A stretch of DNA of 64,000 nt. Source: an uncultured Chloroflexia bacterium. GTDB lineage: Bacteria; Chloroflexota; UBA6077; JACCZL01. The stretch's first letter is position 1. Each line of letters starts with the position of its first letter. The translations under genes and the position numbers were made by a program. Where the stretch lies: contig CAVXYC010000015.1 in the NCBI GenBank assembly GCA_963765765.1, forward strand, positions 288,001-352,000, in the 5' to 3' direction. Shown here piece after piece: positions 62,031 through 64,000 of this stretch. The notes below the pieces were generated by a model that searched no databases, was not told the origin of the DNA, and was given only the letters and a program-made list of their open reading frames with translations.

Positions 62031-62921
62031 CTACTCCCAGCGCACGTTCTTGGTGAAGTCATACGAGAGCGAGATGTCTGACTGCATGCGCCAGATTGCT
62101 CGGTCCTTCGGGTAATTACCGCGGGCGACATGCTCCAGAAACGTCAGGATCCGTGACCACGCATGCTCAGATTGTTGCGGGCGATAACGACCGGGCATCG
62201 TATCGTTCAGCCAACCGTGAGGCATATCTCGGTAGACGAGAAACTCGTAGCTCTTCCGCTTCTCCTCCAGCACGTTTCGCAAATGGCGCACATCGTCCAA
62301 CGAGACCACATTATCAGCTTCACCCCAGACGCCCAGAACGGGCGCTGTGAGTCGTTCCAGAATCGATTCATACCGCTCTGACCGGTTCTCGTTGATCTGC
62401 CACTCACGAGCCTGGGCACCGCCGTAAAAGACGACGTTGGCGTAGATTTCGGACCGGACGCTGTTGAGCACCAGGGGATAAGCGCCGCTCTGGCAAACAC
62501 CCATCGCGGCGATCCGATCCGACATCACCCGTGAATCAGCAAGCAGAAAATCCAGACTCGCGCCCATGTAGTCTCGAATGTTAGCGTCGGAGATTGGAAC
62601 CGAAATGTCTCCGCGATTTAATGCGGCCTTATCACCGTCCCATCGCGAGAACAGATCAGGTGCGATGCCGACTATTCCGTAGCGGGCGAATTTCGCCGTG
62701 AGATCCAGGGTGTGTTGAACGAGGCCGTAACGCTCATGTCCCAGGATGACCGCTGGAAATGGACCGTTGCCTGATTCTGGAACCGCAAGGAATGCGCTCA
62801 CGCGATTACCGAAGGTGACCGTCTCCGTACGTGCGCCGGGGAATTGAGTGAAATGGAGTGCTCCTTGACGCATTGGTACGACAGGCGTCTCCAGCTGTCG
62901 AGTCCATTCAGAGTGGGCCAC
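62031..62921 (-). CDS. Dienelactone hydrolase family protein
   Basis: HERYGL, APDLF, GVCQSG nucleophile elbow, GEAD, PHGW. Confidence 0.9.
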   Translation of the reverse strand: MAHSEWTRQLETPVVPMRQGALHFTQFPGARTETVTFGNRVSAFLAVPESGNGPFPAVILGHERYGLVQHTLDLTAKFARYGIVGIAPDLFSRWDGDKAALNRGDISVPISDANIRDYMGASLDFLLADSRVMSDRIAAMGVCQSGAYPLVLNSVRSEIYANVVFYGGAQAREWQINENRSERYESILERLTAPVLGVWGEADNVVSLDDVRHLRNVLEEKRKSYEFLVYRDMPHGWLNDTMPGRYRPQQSEHAWSRILTFLEHVARGNYPKDRAIWRMQSDISLSYDFTKNVRWE

Positions 62922-62954
62922 ACGACAGTCGGAGACCGACCCTCGCGGAAGTTA

Positions 62955-64000
62955 TTAGTACAGTCGCGCCAGGCCGGTGCGCTTGCGGATGAACAGTGCC
63001 ACTGCCAGCGCAACCATGCTGATTGCCATGAGAATGAGGCCAGCTACGAGCGCCCGCTCTGGGTTGGACCCCGACCAGTTCTCCCAGATCATGCTTGCCA
63101 AAACGCGACTGTCCGGCCCGTAAAAGAACAGGATCAACGATAAATTTCGGCTGGCTACCAGGAAGAGCAGGACGAAAGAGGTGAGCAGGGTCGGCGCCAG
63201 CAGCGGCAGCAAGATCCGCACGAACGTTCGCGTCCAGTTCGATCCAGCTACCCAGGAGGCCTCTTCGAGCGAGGCAGCAATCTGATGCATCGCTCCGTTG
63301 GAGATTCGCGCGCCAAGCGGGATACCGTTCACGATTAGCACGATCGCCAGGATCCACACCGTGCCGAGCAACGGTCGGAAGATGTCAGGGCCGACGTACG
63401 TCCACAGGAAGGCAATGGCCAGCACCGGAGCCGGCGCTACACGCGGCGCCCAGGTGATGAACTCCAGCAGTCGCCCACCCTTGAACCTCGTTCGGACGAT
63501 GACATATGCGGTGAGCGCACACAGCGCGGTGCCGCCCAATCCCACCAGGACGCCCAGGACGATGGTGTTAGTGATGGCTGACATCAATCGGGGATCGCCA
63601 AGCGAGACCTCCCAGTGTTTTAAAGTGAATGCGTTAGGGCCCCAGAGCCCCCAGCCCTTCATGAATGTGCCCATGACCAGAATGATGAACGGCAGGACGG
63701 TTGCAATAACGAAGTAAAGGAGGCAGATCGTGAAGGTGACCCAGCGCCATGGTCCCAGAGGAGTGACACGAGTGGAATAGGTAGTACCGGAGACGGTTGT
63801 GAACGATTTTCCGCGAGCCATGCGCATCTGAAGCCAGATCACACCAACTACGGCAAGCAAGAACACCGAGCTCAGCGCTGTGCCGAGCGGCAGGTCGGAA
63901 GGATATTGCTCCGCCAGTACAAAGATGCGAGTCGAGAGGACGTAGACCTGCGCTGGCGTTCCCAGGATGAGCTCAGTCTCGAATGACTCGAGCGCGATGA
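62955..64000 (-). CDS. ABC permease, FbpB-like (5' part outside the window)
   Basis: LEEASWVAGS EAA loop; paralogous to 16843-18570. Confidence 0.88.
   Translation of the reverse strand, partial: IALESFETELILGTPAQVYVLSTRIFVLAEQYPSDLPLGTALSSVFLLAVVGVIWLQMRMARGKSFTTVSGTTYSTRVTPLGPWRWVTFTICLLYFVIATVLPFIILVMGTFMKGWGLWGPNAFTLKHWEVSLGDPRLMSAITNTIVLGVLVGLGGTALCALTAYVIVRTRFKGGRLLEFITWAPRVAPAPVLAIAFLWTYVGPDIFRPLLGTVWILAIVLIVNGIPLGARISNGAMHQIAASLEEASWVAGSNWTRTFVRILLPLLAPTLLTSFVLLFLVASRNLSLILFFYGPDSRVLASMIWENWSGSNPERALVAGLILMAISMVALAVALFIRKRTGLARLY

Overview
Bacterial chromosomal segment with moderately high GC. It is probably Chloroflexota; this is inferred from the Ala/Pro-rich lipoprotein linkers, the surface-repeat type and the gene repertoire. 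Many genes carry single-base frameshifts, which look more like uncorrected long-read errors than true decay. The window holds housekeeping genes (queG, tpx, ndh, folC, ilvE, mscL, hsp20) and aromatic-catabolism-type genes (a Rieske oxygenase, two class II aldolase-fold proteins, a LigB-like protein, an FAD monooxygenase, SDRs, a dienelactone hydrolase). It also holds several ABC transporter components, an alpha-glucan cluster (glgE-malQ-glgB-GH57, with glgM and a GH13 gene elsewhere) and two orphan xanthine-dehydrogenase-family large subunits. Mobile DNA includes a full-length ISKra4/ISLre2-like IS with an 8-bp target duplication, an IS1380 fragment, and a tyrosine-integrase island next to tRNA-Lys(CTT). 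Many REP-like inverted repeats lie between genes. The best novel candidate is a DUF427 gene whose conserved Cys codon is an in-frame TGA followed by a SECIS-like hairpin, i.e. a probable selenoprotein. Also notable: the IS sits 15 bp upstream of a -35 box, there is a GP42-like transglutaminase surface protein, and a decayed tandem Excalibur gene overlaps the end of an XDH-family gene.
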